Shown here: one piece after another, positions 62,328 to 64,000 of the stretch | How positions within the stretch are numbered: position 1 is the first letter of the stretch | Layout of the letters: each line of letters starts with the position of its first letter | Source of the DNA: Centroscyllium fabricii | Taxonomy: Eukaryota | Length of the DNA stretch: 64,000 nucleotides | Direction of reading: 5' to 3' | Assembly (NCBI GenBank): GCA_051313645.2 | Contig: JBNRSN020000029.1 | Span: 20,026,001-20,090,000, forward strand | The notes under the pieces: generated by a model | What the model was told of the DNA's origin: nothing | The model's database searches: none | Seen by the model: only the letters and a program-made list of their open reading frames with translations | Made by a program: the position numbers and the translations under genes

Positions 62328-63104
62328 TATAAAATAGAAGAAATGCAAGACCTGGACCACTTGACTTACATTTTTACGGGGATTCGCAGCAAAAGTTTAA
62401 AAACAAGGCAGACGAGATGCTGTGGCAAAGTAGTGAAGTAGGTACTGGAATTCCAGTGACTCAGATAAGAGGCAAGTGATTCCGATATTTCTTGTCTAAA
62501 ACAGACATAATTGATGACAGGACCGCCACCATCCTCTTCAAGCGAGTTTCTGCCATCGGTATGTTAAAGAGCTGATAGGGGTCAAAGGGTTAAAAACAGA
62601 TGTGTCATGTTGTCATGAGATGAGAACCTGTCAAGGACGGGCGGGTCTTTCGGTAAATGGCATCCCTGTATTTGGAAAGCGGTTTTCAACTGTGAATAAA
62701 TGATAGAGTTTACTGCTCTCATAGGCTTTCCTGTGAAGATGAAATGTCGGAAGTATTCTCTCAAACACTTTCTTTGTATGGGCACTCGGCAAGGAGCTTG
62801 GCAACAGCCAGAAGATGAGCCGAGGCGGGTTTTGGTTTGTGGATGATCCACGCGCGTCACACTGAGCTAGCCTTGAGGCCAAGAATGACTGGGTCTGACC
62901 TGTGGTGATCCTTATACTACCCAGGGCAGAATGGATAATATAAACCTTGATTGCGCCTTTTGTAACGACCGCTCAGATGCAGTAAAAAAGCGAGTCTCAG
63001 TTACACTGAATATATATAATTAATGTCACCATTACGGGTCAAGTCAAATCTTTCGAAACAAATGGATGAAGGGATTATTTGGCAAATGCCCAGAACCCCT
63101 GCAT

Positions 63105-63390
63105 TAGTTAAACCGAGACCCCATCTGCCCTCTCAGATCGATGCATTAGATCCCATGGCACTATTTCGGAGTGGAGTTCTACACGCTGTTCAGTCCAATA
63201 TTTAACCCTGAAACATAACTGCTGTAAAAATGAGACTTGGACATTATCACTTTGCGGTGCGCAAATTGACGGCCCTCTTTCCTACATTGCAAGTGAGACT
63301 ACCATTCAAACGTTCTATATTTTTGAAAATCGCTTGGTAGTTTCACAATGATAGGAATGTCGCTATATTAGTGCAATTTACTTCTTCAAT
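63105..63390 (+). mobile_element. Deu-domain SINE remnant
   Basis: gttaaaccgagaccccatctgccctctcag...gatcccatggcactatttc...gtgcgcaaattg...cgctatattagtgcaa resembles the Deu core with an L2-type tail. Confidence 0.55.
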
Positions 63391-63564
63391 GCATTCTGAG
63401 GCGCAACGGGAAATTTCAGAACGTTTACCTTCACATTCGAACACTCACCTTTCATTGAACCCATTCCTTTTTTTGATTAGAACACTGTTTCCGACGCTGC
63501 CATACCTCAAGTACCTTCGATTGCATTGTGACGTTGGCAGCACCTTCTTCCTTCGTAATGAGAG

Positions 63565-64000
63565 AAATATAGAGATATGGAAACATAGAAGATAGGAGCA
63601 GGAGTAGGCACTTCGGTTCCTCGAGCCTGCCCTGCCATTCAATGAGATCATGGCTGATCATTGAAATGCTGTAACCTGTCTTTGCCTTCTTCCCATATCG
63701 CCTGATCCCATCAGGCTTAACATATATCCAACTGTTTCTTGAATATATTGAATGAACTCGCCTGCACCGCCCTCTGTGGTAGGGAATTTCGCAGATTCAC
63801 CACGCTCTGGGTGAATACATTTCTCCTCATCCTAAATAGCTTACCCCTCATCCTTAGGCATTGGCACCTGGTTCTGGTCTTCCTGGACATAGGGAACATC
63901 CTTCCAGCGACTAGTCTGACCATGCCTGTCAGAATTGTATAGGTTTCAATGAGATCCCCTCTCAATCTTCTAAACACCAGTGAGTATAATCCCAGTCTAC
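63565..64000 (-). mobile_element. CR1 LINE 3' end (continues beyond window)
   Basis: FRRLRGDLIETY...NVFTQSVVNLRNSLPQRAV plus 3' UTR and tail. Confidence 0.9.

Overview
Repeat-dense vertebrate genomic DNA, inferred to be from a cartilaginous fish (shark or ray) because it carries HE1/V-type SINEs, CR1 LINEs with (tttctatg)n tails, Deu-type SINEs and two-exon GPR139-like receptors. The only host genes I can support are a tandem pair of minus-strand class A GPCRs. One is intact (exons 24430-24499 and 16064-16968, 324 aa). The other is a pseudogene (36400-46854) broken up by nested transposons. The rest is mobile DNA: a chromodomain-bearing Tf1/sushi-type Gypsy element with a self-priming signature, a very young CsRn1-like Gypsy element with identical LTRs whose single ORF encodes Gag-protease-integrase but no RT/RNase H, a near full-length CR1, Rex1-like, RTE and Penelope-like elements (with hammerhead ribozyme cores), Harbinger fossils and MITEs, a probable solo LTR and two tandem-repeat arrays. 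The most notable items are the RT-less LTR element lying in sense orientation in the GPCR intron, a non-coding block conserved upstream of both GPCR paralogues, and the hammerhead motifs. I cannot demonstrate a wholly new system from sequence alone. All alignments and counts were done by eye, and family names come from motif recognition, not database searches.
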